Of a DNA stretch of 64,000 nucleotides, positions 21,966 through 38,160 are shown piece by piece (positions within the stretch are counted from its first letter, which is position 1; the number at the start of each line of letters is the position of its first letter). The notes under the pieces were generated by a model that did not search any database, was not told where the DNA came from, and saw only the letters and a program-made list of their open reading frames with translations. The position numbers and the translations under genes were made by a program. Source of the DNA: the human T2T-CHM13v2.0 reference genome, Homo sapiens; NCBI RefSeq assembly GCF_009914755.1, contig NC_060932.1, one strand, 5' to 3'.

Positions 21966-22144
21966 CTGGATATATAATATCAGCTTTGATTTTCAATAAC
22001 TCTTTTAAAGAGTTCATATAATCATAGAGGTCTTCAAATACCGTTGTTCCTTCCCCTAGGATGCAATCTCCAGAAAAGATAGCATTTTCCTCTTCTAAGA
22101 GTAGAGCCATGTGATCATCAGTGTGGCCAGGGGTATATAGAACT
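21966..22144 (-). CDS. LACTB2: LACTB2 exon 4 ([12 protein letters not shown]...FSGDCILG...IIYP)
   Basis: Acceptor caaccag|A, donor CAG|GTGGGT, 179 nt; MBL motifs TPGH (H145) and SGD (D164). Confidence 0.97.
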
Positions 22145-22372
22145 CTGGTTGAAAGAAGAAATAAGGAATAATAACAATTATGAACTCGAGCTTAGAAGAA
22201 ATTTTGAGAAGTAAATTATTCTGTATCCTTATCTTTAGACACAAATAAACAGATGAGTTAAAAAGCTGCTTTTTCTTTTCTTGAACCCACTGAAAATTAT
22301 CATTAGAAAATTCTCTCCTTTAACTAAACCAAGATTCTCACTCTGAAGTAAAATTTAATACTTTTCCCACCC

Positions 22373-22680
22373 TTTTTCTTTTCTTTTTTTGAGACAGGGT
22401 CTCACTCTGTTGCCCAGGCTGCAGTGCAGAGGCAGGATCACAGGTCACTGCAGGCTCAATCTTCCGGGCCCAAGTGACCCTCCCACCTCAGCCTCCTGAG
22501 TAGCTGGAACCACAGGTGTGGGCCACCAAGCCTGGCTAATTTATTTTTATTTTTATTTTTTGTAGAGACAGGATCTCACAATATTGACCAGGCTGGTCTT
22601 GAACTCTTAGACTCAAGCAATCCTACCACCTCGGCCTCCCAAAGTGCTGGGATTACAGGCATTAGCCACCTCATCTGGCC
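22373..22680 (-). mobile_element. AluJ-like
   Basis: Dimeric Alu. Confidence 0.88.
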
Positions 22681-22954
22681 TCCTACCATTTTTCTTACTT
22701 TATAAATAATAAGCAGTGATTATAACAAATTTGGAAAATAGAAAAGTAAAGTGTTTAAAAGAAATGAACATCAACAATCATTTCTATTCCTCAGAGGGAG
22801 AGCTTTTATTATTACAGAATATATACTTTTTGATTTTCTATGCATATTTATATATTTTAAAAACAAAACTGATATTGTTTTAATACCTGATTTTTGAAAT
22901 CTTAACTTACTATATTGTATTTTCCTACATCATTATATGTTTACATCATTTTTT

Positions 22955-23274
<320 letters not shown>

Positions 23275-23397
23275 TAGCATAGCAGATGGCACAAAATTGC
23301 ATGCTTAATAAATGGTAAATTTATTTTAGTAGTTATTATCTAAAAGCTTAAAAGAAACTTTCTTAACATGCAGAAGGTGGTCAGAAAAAGACTCTTT

Positions 23398-24382
23398 TTT
23401 TTTTTTAAATTATACTTTAAGTTTTAGGGTACATGTGCACAACGTGCAGGTTAGTTACGTATGTATACATGCGCCATGTTGGTGTGCTGCACCCAGTAAC
23501 TCGTCATTTAACATTAGGTATATCTCCAAATGCTATCCCTCCCCCTCCCCCCACCCCACAATAGGCCCCGGTGTGTGATGTTCCCCTTCCTGTGTCCATG
23601 TGTTCTCACTGTTCAATTCCCACCTATGAGTGAGAACATGTGGTGTTTGGTTTTTTGTCCTTGCGATAGTTTGCTGAGAATGATGGTTTCCAGCTTCATC
23701 CATGTCCCTACAAAGGACATGAACTCATCATTTTTTATGGCTGCATAGTATTCCATGGTGTATATGTGCCACATTTTCTTAATCCAGTCTATCATTGTTG
23801 GACGTTTGGGTTGGTTCCACGTCTTTGCTATTGTGAATAGTGCCGTGATAAACATACATGTGCATGTGTCTTTATAGCAGCATGATTTATAATCCTTTGA
23901 GTATATACCCAGTAATGGGACTGCTGGGTCAAATGGTATTTCTAGTTCTAGATCCCTGAGGAATCGCCACACTGACTTCCACAATGGTTGAACTAGTTTA
24001 CAGTCCCAGCAACAGTGTAAAAGTGTTCCTATTTCTCCACATCCTCTCCAGCACCTGTTGTTTCCTGACTTTTTAATGATCGCCATTCTAACTGGTGTGA
24101 GATGGTATCTCATTGTGGTTAAGAGCTTCTGCACAGCAAAAGAAACTACCATCAGAGTGAACAGGCAACCTACAGAATGGGAGAAAATTTTTGCAATCTA
24201 CTCATCTGACAAAGGGCTAATATCCAGAATCTACAATGAACTCCAACAAATTTACAAGAAAAAAACAACCCCATCAAAAGTGGGCAAAGGATATGAACAG
24301 ACACTCTCAAAAGAAGACATTTATGCAGCCAAAAGACACAAGAAAAAATGCTCATCATCACTGGCCATCAGAGAAACGCAAA
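23398..24382 (-). mobile_element. 5'-truncated L1PA3/4-like element with 5' inversion (twin priming)
   Basis: 23398-24120 minus orientation, 24121-24382 plus orientation; TSD TCAGAAAAAGACTCTTT 23381-23397 / 24383-24399. Confidence 0.93.
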
Positions 24383-25109
24383 TCAGAAAAAGACTCTTTA
24401 ATCTATTTTTTTCTCTCTAGTTAAACATTTTAAGACAGAGCCGTTTTTTATAAATTCTACCCTATATAAGAAACTTAACATGCATTTATTTCCTTTTTCC
24501 TTTCCTCCAATTTTCAGTTTTTTGTTGACAAAACTGATTATAATACTTTTAAAGTATGACAGGTATTTTATTTCAAAAATTCTTATTTACATTTATATTG
24601 TTTTGTAACTATGCCAACAATAAACCAGATAAACAAAAAGCTGAGTTCAAATAATCTGTTCTGCAAAGCACCCCGACTTCTCAGCAATATACAGACTTAA
24701 TTCTCTGTACTGGTCACTGTTGCCTCTATATTCTTCTTCTACTTTGAATTATGTGTTATTCTGTAGGCTTCACATTGTTTTGTTTGCTATTCTACCTCAC
24801 AAGGTTATGAGTTCCAGAAGGGCAGGACTCTCATCTCATTTTCATTTTTATACGCTCAGTACTTGGCACTTAGTAGTAGTTAATTTTAGTAATAGATTGC
24901 TTTCCATGTACCAGGCAGTGTCTTCAGGGATTTACACAAATTACATTTAATCCTTACACTACTTTGGGTTGGGCATTATTAGCCTCTCCATTTTACATTT
25001 TACATAAATAAATCACAGCAAATAGCAATACATGTCTGAAGGAATATGGTTTAAATTATATTTTATTTAGTTTAAGAGGATAATTACCTGCTATTCTAGT
25101 CAGTATTGA

Positions 25110-25454
<345 letters not shown>

Positions 25455-25499
25455 ATGTTTGGGATATACTTAATAAATCTTCCCAATAATGGAATATTT

Positions 25500-27600
25500 T
25501 GTGGGAATAAGGTAAATGTGATGACATATAGATGAGTGATAAGTGACTTACCAGACAGGAGAAAATGGAAGCCTAAATAAGCAGCAGGGAAAGCTGAGAA
25601 CCAATCAGATTTGCACTGCAGAATTCCTCAAAGTCTAAGGATTTAGGAAATCTGGAAGTGGAGGGTGAAGTGGAAGGAAGGTGGCTGAAATAAGAAGTCT
25701 GTTGAAAGTCTTTTTAGCAAACATTCAGATCCTCAAGAGTCTCTTCCCACTTTGAGTTGAGAAGTGCCCCAATCTCACTAAGGGAAACGCTGGAGGTTTA
25801 ATCTTTGAAGAGGGTAAAACAGAGGCATAGATGCAGGAAGTGACAATATACTAAAAAAAAAGTAAGATTACAAGAATATATGTAGATTCCTATGCCTTCT
25901 TTCCACACTCAGCTTCTATAATTCTGGCAGCCAGGCCTTTACGCTACATGAAGATTAGAAGAGTCTTTTTCTAAGTTATTTTACCATCTCAGGAAGAAAG
26001 ACTCTACGATACCAATGTTGGAAAGTTCCCAACTGAAGAGCTCATCCAGATTATCCTACAGTGAGGCCTAAAGCCTACGGAAGACTCCCCCTCACATTCT
26101 CAGAGCTCCCAAACAGCTCTGTAGTTTCCATCAGAACACAATTAGTAAACATCAGAAGATAAACAGGATTACCAGGCATCTAAGGAAAGTTATGTTGAAG
26201 ACAGCGCATAAAAACGAACAAGCAAACAAAGGGGGTTATGAAGAAAATTTCCAAAACAACCAAACCCCACAGAATATAATATCCTCAGCAAAAAAAGAAG
26301 AAATTGCAACTATGAAACAAGATTAGGTTAGTATAAAAGCAACATTTTGGGAACAAAAAGTTTCTGAAAATTACAAATCTGAGAACAGAAATAAAAACAT
26401 GTAGTAAGATTAGGCGATAAAGTTAATAAAAATCTCCCAGAAAGTATAGTAAAAAGGCAAAAAGATGAAAAATGAGAGAGAAAAAAATAAAGTTAGAGTA
26501 GTACAGGAGTTCTAACAAAATAATAGGAATTTTAGTAAATGAAACAGCACAAAAGAGATGAGAGAAAATAAGCACCTCAAGAAAAATTTTTGGAACTGAA
26601 GGACATGTTTCAAGACTGAAAAAGCCTATCATGGATTGACAAAGACTCGCTTTGACTAAAACTATAGTCAACTCCTCTGAGTTTTTTCCGATGATGGGAC
26701 TCAGAACATACTACTGCCAAAATATGGCACCTTTGCATGCTGAGGTAGGATCCTTTGATGAGGCAGTGATTCCTTTGATGAAGGAATCACTGTGAAATTT
26801 CAGGATACAGTGGAAAAGAAGGGAAAAAGCAAAAGCCAGGGACCAAAGAAGTTCAGCAATCAGAAGGGCTTTAGATTTCTCTATTGCAATATTGAAACCA
26901 GAAGGAAATGAAACCTTGCAGACAATACTGAGAAGGAAAAATACTTTCAACTTAGAATCTATACTCATAAATACCTTAAATAAAGTTAGATGAAAAAAGG
27001 ATACTTTCAGATATCTAAGGTCTCAAAAATTCACCATTTCTCAGAAAGCTACTGGAGATGGGTTCCCCTAAAACAGAGGGGGTTTTAAGAAACTTATGGG
27101 GCACTGGAGAAAGGAGATCCAACACTGGAGAGAGGCAAAGGGAAGCCCCAGGTGAGAGTGCAGGGAATTCTGAGATGACACCAGCATCAGGCCCGGAGGA
27201 AAACAAGCCGACAGGAGCAAGTTATTAGCTGGAAGGCTTAAAGGGTAGGTTCTTTCAGAAGATTAAATTGAGAGAATCCATGATGCATTTAAACACCCTA
27301 AGGGAAGATTTATATACTCAGAGTTAAATTAGTGATAAATACACAGAAAACTATCCAAAATAACAAAGCAAAAACAATGACTAACTGCAGGAAAGCAGGA
27401 AAAGTAAGGATAGTTTACTACACGGTTCAGCTGTAAATAGTGTCTACAGTCATAACAACATCACCGAATGCTGATCTAACCAGCATTATGACATTGAGAG
27501 GTTAGAGGACAGGAATGGTGCTCAAAAGTGGGAGAAGAGGAAAACCCAATTCTAATTTTTTCTTAGTGGAAAGTTAATATCTCAAATTGAAAAATAAGAT
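25500..27600 (+). mobile_element. Ancient HAL1/L1ME-like remnant
   Basis: Motifs such as CTTAGAATCTATACTC...AGGTCTCAAAAATTCACC...TTTCTCAGAAAGCTACTGGAG; A-rich strand bias. Confidence 0.55.
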
Positions 27601-27889
27601 GTAGGAAAGAATCAAATAGTCCGCTAAGATTTGTAACTGTTACTGCCCCACTGTTTAATTTCTTTCTCCCTAGACGCAACCACTTTCACCTGTTAGCTAA
27701 TCATTTGTGTCATTTGTCTGTTTGTTCCTGTACAACAAAACTGTACCATTAAAGGTAATTATGTGTGTCTCTCTTCCTTGAGACCTTGATGAGCCTAGCC
27801 ATAATATGTAAATGTTTTCAAGTTTGGATTTTAGATTCTAGAAGCCACAGTAATAAGTAAACCTTTTGAAAAATGTTTTTAAAAATTTT

Positions 27890-28054
<165 letters not shown>

Positions 28055-28361
28055 TAAACCTGTCTTTTTACAAGATGATCTGATTATAGTTTAATTTAGA
28101 ATACAAAACTCGTTTAGGCCAACCTTATATTAAAAAATAATCTATAAAAAGTAGTATACAGAAAAAGCATAAAGTTATTTGTGTTAAGCTTAACTCACAG
28201 GACCACATTATTAATAAGCAACAGTGAAGCTCTAGTAAAAAGATGTGTGACTGTCACTAGAAACTAAAGGTTCAGTATTTTCACAGGATAATTCTACCAA
28301 ACATTTAAAGGTCAGATAATTTCACTACTATGTACTTAAACTCTCCTGGAGCACAGAAAAA

Positions 28362-28672
28362 GGCCAGGTGCGGTAGCTCATGCCTGTAATCCCAGCACTT
28401 TGGGAGGCCGAGGCCTGAGGTCAGGAGTTCGAGATCAGCCTGGCCAACATGGCGAAACCCTGTCTCTACTAAAAATACAAAAATTAGCTGGGCGTGGTGG
28501 CGGATGCCTGTAATCTCAGCTACTCAGGAGTCTAAGGCAAGAGAATTGCTGGAACCCAGGAGGCGGAGGTTGCAGTTGCAGTGAGCCAACATTGCGCCAC
28601 TGCACTCCAACCTGGGCGACAGAGTGAGACTCCATCTCAAAAAAAAAAAAAAAAAAAAAAGAAAAAAAAAGA
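28362..28672 (+). mobile_element. AluS-like inside an old L1M ORF2 remnant (~28250-29150)
   Basis: Dimeric Alu with long poly(A). Confidence 0.88.
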
Positions 28673-29549
28673 AACAGATAAAGCCCCAAACTGACAAAGG
28701 TACAAAAAGAAAAATACTACCCAATTTTATTACTATTCTAAAAATAATAACCAAAATATTAACAAAGAGAATCCAAAAGCACATTGAAAGATCATGACCA
28801 AATAAGATTTATTAAAAAATGCAAGAATGCTCCAATATTATAAGATCCCTGAAAATCATAGTAAAGATATGGAGGAAACTAGTAAGTTCATCTCCCTAGA
28901 CAGTGAAAAGACATTTGATAAAATTCAACTCTTAAAGTATTTAAGAGAACTGAAATGACTATAACTTAGGGAAGTTTCTCCTTTACCATAAATATAAAAA
29001 CCAACCAAATCCTTAATATTAAATATTGAAACTGTAAAGACTTTAAAAAGTCTAATAATATAATAGATATAAGGTATAAGACATGAGATACTAATGGAAG
29101 CAATTATTTTTGAAAGGCCAATGTCTGACATTAAGAACTATTATGCTTTTATAGTTTCCAAGTATATATTTCATATATTGCAAACAATTACTATATTATA
29201 GTTGATCCAATGGCAAGGTATTAAAGAGCTGTTAGAAATCATCTCTTTTGTCTGGTTAAACTTGCTGCAAGCTGTTAATAGAAGTATTCAATGTTATATG
29301 AAAATAATTCCAAGGGGTGTATTTCCAGCCAACTATATAAACATGTGTCTTTGTGTGGCGATGTGTCATATCTTGTGGACAATCTTATGAATACATAGAA
29401 TGCATTAACAAACAGAACCCCAATCTTTCTTTTTTTAATCTACAAAAACTCACTTGTAGAACCACTCTTCATCTGAAAACTGTTTTGCTTGCAATGCCTC
29501 CTTCATTATCAGCCCTCCCTGACCCCCTACCACACCAGAACTCAGTAAC

Positions 29550-29612
29550 TGTTTTCTGTGATATAAACACAGAAAACAATTTGTTTTTCTGTGATATAAA
29601 CACAGAAAACAA
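29550..29612. repeat. Tandem pair (33-bp period) of hairpin units
   Basis: TGTTTTCTGTG-ATATAAA-CACAGAAAACA twice; the second unit has one extra T. Confidence 0.92.
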
Positions 29613-31039
29613 GTAGCAGGGTTTCTTAAATTGGGGAATCAGTAATCTCAATTCTCCAGTCACCTGGGTGGCTGCTGTAATTTGCATAAAACTGTTAAAA
29701 TTCACTTCACACAGGCAGGAGGAGAAAAGGAAATGACATCAGAGGTGCTTTGCTAAAGATCACAGGAACTGCAGCTGTGGCCTTCCTATTTCGCAGGTAG
29801 AAAATTTATCTAGTTCTGTTACTTCTGTGATAGAGTGGACTTTGTAAGGATGACTCTCTTAGAGAATTCAAGACAGTGATCAAAAACTGTCAGATTGACT
29901 TTTCTTCAAGAAATTTAACTTAGCTTGCTAGTTTACATCCAGAATCAAATTCTTACTGAAAAACCTTTCTAGTTTTCTACTTTTTACTGCAAGGGTTCTT
30001 GGTGGATATTATCTCTGTCCCTACTGCATTTTATGTTATTTTTTTCAAAGTTGGCAAGTAGGCAAGATCAACTGGCCAATGAATACATGAGGACTGAGGC
30101 AGATTTTAACCTTCTATTTATGCAACTTTCACTGAACAAAACTCTTAAGTGCTGTTATTTATATAGAGTTGAACTCTGTCAAATGTCTTTTCACTAGCTA
30201 GCTTAACAAAGGTTTTGCTTAAAATATTACATGTTAATATTGAAAACAATTGGGCTTTTCTGACTTCATAAAAGTGGAAATTGAAAACCACATTCATCAG
30301 GAAATTAAATGTTTTATCCAGGCTTTAGCTTAATGAGAATTTATATTTTGAGAAAAGATTATTTACTACTAGTCATTTTTAAAATGTGTCTGTTTTTGAT
30401 TCTTTTTGTCAGTTTTCCCCTTAAATCTTTACACAGATTCCCATCAGAGTACAGTAAAACAAAAATTAAATAGAATTCATATATTTGAAATCCTTGGCAT
30501 CAATTCACTCCAGGAATCCAAGACAGTACTCAACTGAAGGGGAAGCAAGCACAAGGGAGATTTCTGGGACACTGATACTGTTCCGTTTCTTCATCTGAAT
30601 GCTGCTTATGGGCCTTGTTCAATTTGTGAAAATTCATGACTTTGTACATTTATGGTATGTGATCTTTCCTGTTTATATATTATACTTTGATAAGAAGTTT
30701 TAAAAAAATGACCTGTTCCACCTGGATGGCAGTTAACATCCAACAGCTGCATATCTTTAATCTGGTAAATTAGGTATAGCTCTAATGATTACCCATGATT
30801 CTATGATAACTGTGATAAACCAGTACTGTGATTCCCAAATCTTCGAGACAGAAGATTCAATAAACCATCTCTACCCCTTTCATTAACTTGGTCTAGGGCT
30901 GGTGTGCTATGGAGGAAATTTCAGTATTGTGAAGAATACTTTTTGAGCAAGTAGTAATATAACATTTGTTTTCCTTTGGTGTCATGGGCGAATTATATAA
31001 CATGCTATTATATTTTCTTGCTCTTTCTTGCTATTTTCT

Positions 31040-31303
31040 TGCAGAGTCTTGCTCTGTCACCAGGCTGGAGTGTAGTGGCACTATCCCAGTTCACTGCAAC
31101 CTCTGCCCTCACAGGCTCAAACAATCCTCTCACCTCAGCCTCCCAAGTAGCTGGGACCATAGGCACACACCACCATGCCTGGCTATTTTTTTTGTATTTT
31201 TGGTAGAGATGGGGTTTCACCATGTTACCCAGGCTAGTCTCAAACCGCCTGCCTTGGCCTCCCAAAGTACTGGGATTACAGGTGTGAGCCACCGCACCTG
31301 GCT
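31040..31303 (-). mobile_element. AluJ-like
   Basis: Dimeric Alu with an internal deletion. Confidence 0.85.
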
Positions 31304-31534
31304 ATATTTTCAACAAAAGCATTATAAGGAAACTGCCTAGAAACTACATTTTGAAAATCACAGCACAGTAGAAAAAAGGGGGCACCAATTTAAAAGAGGA
31401 CATGGACATCTACTACTTCATTTTCTCTTACTCATCTGTTTGTCTATTTGCCTCTTTAAAGATATTAACTATATGTAAGATAAATATTCAGTGCCTTCTG
31501 TGTGCTAGAGGTGAGGATGTGAGGATGAATCTGG

Positions 31535-31940
31535 TATCTGCCTATATCAGAGAATGGCTATCTAGTTACTAAACCCATTTCCTCTATTTTGCTGGGCATA
31601 CAGTTAATTTCCCAGACACCCTACAGTTAGGGGTGACTTATGACTGAATTGACAGCCAATGCAACAGAAGACTTGGTCCATGAAAACCTCCCATGCAATA
31701 TCCCTTCCATGCTCTTTTCTACCTGCTGGATTGATCGAGCTGAGCATGCAACCTTGAAAAAAAAAGCCTTCAGGAGGGTAGAGTCACAAGATGGAAGGAG
31801 CATACATCATTACTTGCAGAGGGCCACTGGCTAACTGGGAACCTTTTTGGGACTGTATGGGACCAAGAAATAAATTTATTTCCTATTTGAGCCGTTAAAC
31901 ATTTCTGAGTTGTTTTGCTATGGCAACTGGCATTAACTAA
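31535..31940 (+). mobile_element. MLT1-type MaLR LTR
   Basis: MLT1-like motifs (TTCCCAGACACCCTACAGTTAGGGGTGAC...GAGCCGTTAAACATTTCTGAGTTGTTTTGCTATGGCA). Confidence 0.6.
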
Positions 31941-32486
31941 TATTGTGAACTTAAGGAGCTGACTGCTTTTTAAGGAGACACCTACCCCCCTCCACAAAAC
32001 CACAATACAACTTAGTAAGTGCTATTATAGAATAAAATTTATACAAAAGCTGGAGAAGAGCAGTTAATTTTGCCCAGAAAGCGTTCTTGATATAAGTAAC
32101 ATGTGAACTGGGCTTTGAAGAATAAATAGATAAGAATTTACCAGGGAGACAAGTAGTGGAAAGGGGTGATATAAACAAAAACATAAACAGGCATAATATG
32201 CCCAGGAATATTTGTATATGGCTAAGTGTTTTTGTGAGGGGAGTGGGAACTAAGACCAGAAAAGTGGCCTGGGGTCAGACTGTGGTATGGTAAAGAGAAT
32301 AAACATTATCTTGTATGCAGCGAGAGTCATTAAAGATTTCAAGTAGCACAATGAAGGATGGTAGGCTAAAGGGGAGAGCTGGAGACAGTAAGATAAAGGA
32401 GGAAGTACTGGTAGTGGATGTGAAGAAGGGATAGCACTGACAAATATGTGTGTGTGTGTCTGTGTGTATTTACCTATTTTTTTTTT

Positions 32487-32792
32487 AGAGATGGGTTTCT
32501 ACTTTGTGGCCCAGGCTGGAGTACAGTGGCTATTTACAGGCTCCATCCCAGTACTGATCAGCATGGGAGTTCTGACCTGCTCTGTTTCCGATCTGGGCCA
32601 GTTCACCTCTCCTTAGGCAACCTGGTGGTCCCCAGCTCCTAAGGTCTGAGCGGTCACCATACTGACGCTGAATTTAACATGGACATGCAATTGGCATAGT
32701 ACACTACAGCCAAGAACTCCTGGACTTAAGTGATCCTCCTGCCTCAGCCTCTTGTGTGGCTGGGACTACAGGCATGTGCCACTGTGCTCAGC
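32487..32792 (-). pseudogene. 7SL (SRP) RNA retropseudogene, full length including the S domain
   Basis: Reverse complement follows 7SL, including S-domain sequence absent from Alu (GGACCACCAGGTTGCCTAAGGAG...GGAAACAGAGCAGGTC...GCTGATCAGTA); degenerate tail 32448-32486; TSD TGACAAATAT 32438-32447 / 32793-32802. Confidence 0.92.
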
Positions 32793-32802
32793 TGACAAAT
32801 AT

Positions 32803-34747
<1,945 letters not shown>

Positions 34748-35336
34748 TCAGCTGACAAATATTTTTGATGTAAAAACTAACCTGATTAGTGTGGTGGGCA
34801 AGGGGAGGGGAATGGTAAAGGTGAAGAGCAGTGCAAGGTAATCCTGAAGCCTCTGTCTTAGAAGAATGAGTAAAGTCTTACATACTGAGAAAAGTGGATG
34901 TTCTGAGATCAGAAAACAGGTGCAGATTGTGGGGGAGAGAGGAGTTCAGTTTTACAATAACTGAGTTTGAAATACCATTTTGAAACCCTCAGATAGGTCA
35001 TGAGGTATGATCGGTCAGGCCTAAAACTTATTTAATTTAGGTATGGGTCATCTTTGGGAAGTGAGAATATGGGAAAGCCCTGAATTGAATTGATAGGTAG
35101 ATCCCTAAGCCTCCTTGGGAGACAACACTTATTTTTTAAAGTGTAAATTTTATTTTTTAAAACAATGGTAATCATATGATTCAAATAAACAATTTAATAA
35201 AGAGTGAAGTCTTTCTTTTCTCATTTCTCAAGCAACTCATTTTCTCCTCCCAGAGTAAGCAATGTTTATTGGATTTCTTTTGTATCCTTCCTGATGTACT
35301 CTTTACACATACCAGCACATATGCACAGATCTTCTA

Positions 35337-35593
35337 TTTTTTTTTTTTTTTTTTTTTGAGACAGGGTTTCACTCGGTTGCACAGGCTGGAATGCAGTGGT
35401 ACAATCTTGACTCACTGCAGCCTCTGCTTCCCAGGTTCAAGCAATCATCTCATCTCAGCCTCCTGAATAGCAGGATTATAGGCATGTGCCACCATGCTCA
35501 GCTAATTAAATTTTTTTTTGGTATTGCCCAGGCTGGTCTTGAACTCCTGGGCTCAAACGATCTTCCCATCTCAGCCTCCCAAAATGCTGGGAT
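35337..35593 (-). mobile_element. Truncated AluJ-like
   Basis: Poly-T-led Alu ending 70 nt from the exon 3 donor. Confidence 0.85.
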
Positions 35594-35663
35594 CCTTCCA
35601 TCCTTTTCTATAACACACATACACAGACTCTTCACCTTCCCTGGCTAAGGGACATTTACTTAC

Positions 35664-35790
35664 CTTAGAGTGGCTCCCTCAGTCTTAATCACATCTCCAT
35701 CTTTCAGATAAACATATTGTTGCTCTCCATTTCCTATAATTTCTTCTCTCTGAGGATTCCGTGGGAGTTTTTTAATGCAATAGGTAGTGT
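35664..35790 (-). CDS. LACTB2: LACTB2 exon 3 ([42 protein letters not shown])
   Basis: Acceptor gactag|AC, donor AG|GTAAGT, 127 nt, in phase. Confidence 0.96.
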
Positions 35791-36567
35791 CTAGTCATAA
35801 AACATATAAAATATATTAATTCACACTTTATAATTAAGCCTTTTAAGAGATCAACTTTCATAGAGCTAACACTTGTGAATGACTGCATAAAATATTAACA
35901 TTAAGAAACAACAGAAAATGGGATGAATTACAGCAGGTTATCTCTGGGATGTAAATATTTCATATCTTTCAACCAAACAGCTCTTCATTCTTTCATGCCC
36001 CTCTAGGTCTACATGAAAGCCTCTATTTTTTGAGTCAGTCCTAGTTTATACAAAAAATTTAAAAGTAGCTAGCTTCGGCATCCCGACAAGTGTTGAAGAG
36101 GCAGTAATACAGAACCTGGAAACTCTTCTCTATCCAGGTGCCTAACATGTAGCAAAGGTGTCATGACAGTAATTAATAACAAAAGGATAAACATTAATTA
36201 ATAACGAAAGCATGAGGTCCTTGCTACGAGTACTGAAATGAAGCCCCAAACCAGTGGCTAAGATATTAAACCTTTAAAATAAGCTAAATCTATACCACCC
36301 TTCACTGACACAAAGAAAATAAATTAATTAACCAATTAACAATTGAGTGCCAATTAACTAACCAGTATACTAGGTATACTGAATACAACCACTGTGATAT
36401 CAAAGTTCTTAAAAGCTGTCCTGATTGGGAAACTAAAACTTACAAACATGAAACAAAGAACTATACTTGGTACCATTTAATGAATATTAAATGGACAATT
36501 CGGCTACTAAAGGCAGCAGGAGTTCAGAGAGAGTTAGGAAAGGATTTATAAATATGATAGAACTTGA

Positions 36568-36948
<381 letters not shown>

Positions 36949-38017
36949 TTAAAATGAGAATGAGCATGACATATGTGTGACAACATAATGCTACCAACTT
37001 TCTACTGCAAAATACTGGCTAGGAAGAGTGGAGATAAAGTTGGATAGGTAAGATAAGCTCAGATCAGAAAGGGTCTCAAATTGCCTTTTACAAAATAGGA
37101 GAATTTAAACTTTACCACGTGTAATCACTGCACACTCTTTAGTAAGATAATGAAATAGTGTTAACTGATGATCAATATGGCGGCTGTGGGTAGGGAGACC
37201 AAAAGGAGATCAGAGAGCCCAGGAGGGGAATGACTACAATTTCCCAGCTAGAAGGTAATGAATAGTAGGGTTAAGACGGTAGCACTGGAAATATGAAGGG
37301 AGAAAGAGATATTTCAAAGAAAAATGGACAAGGCACAGAAATTTGCTAGTTTGAGGATAAAGGAGACAGAAACACTGAAATAAAAAGAAACAACAACAAA
37401 TACCACCTCCCCTTCCAACCCCAAACTCTATTATTTTGTATCTAAGAGGCCGAAGGAAAACAATGATATGCTTTTCTGGGAATTGACATTATATAACAAG
37501 ATTGAGATATTGAGGTTTTTTTGTTTGTTTTGTTTATAAGCTGTATAATTTTATCTTTCAGTAAAGAAATGGAGGCATTACATTTCTGCTTATGAGAACT
37601 TTAGTAGACAATTAAAAAATCACAATTATATCAAAATTACAAAATAAATGTCATACTATAACTTTGTATCTGTCTTCAAAATTATGTGCAAATATAAATG
37701 AAAACACATATCCTATTTGAGTGGTTGTTGGAGGCTGGGGATGGGAGAAATCACTGCAAAGCAGCATGAGGGGACCTCTTTTTGGAATGGAGGAAGTGTT
37801 CCATATCTTGACTGGAATGGTCACATAGGTATTGATGTTTGTTAAAACTCACTAAACTGTTCACTTAAAATGGGCACATTTTATGTATGTAAATTAAAGC
37901 TCAATAAAATTGATTTATGAAGGAAAAAAGTGGGCCATAAACATTTTAATTTTTCAAACTGAAAAATCTGAAGAGTTGGCTGAGGTGACAAAGCTAATTA
38001 AGAAATCACAGAGTAGT

Positions 38018-38160
38018 TTCTTTTTTTTTTTCTTTTTTTTTCCCGCAAACAGGGTTTCACTTTGTAGCTCAGGCTGGTCTTGAACTGCTGGGCTCAAACT
38101 ATCGTCCTGCCTCAGTCTCCTGAGTGGATGGGATTATAAGCACACACCACCGTCCCTGGC
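38018..38160 (-). mobile_element. FLAM
   Basis: Alu monomer with poly-T end. Confidence 0.8.

Noticed and set aside
29550-29612. Palindromic direct repeats superficially like a CRISPR array or pre-miRNA
   Set aside because: Primate DNA, only two units with no spacers; stems are too short for a canonical pre-miRNA
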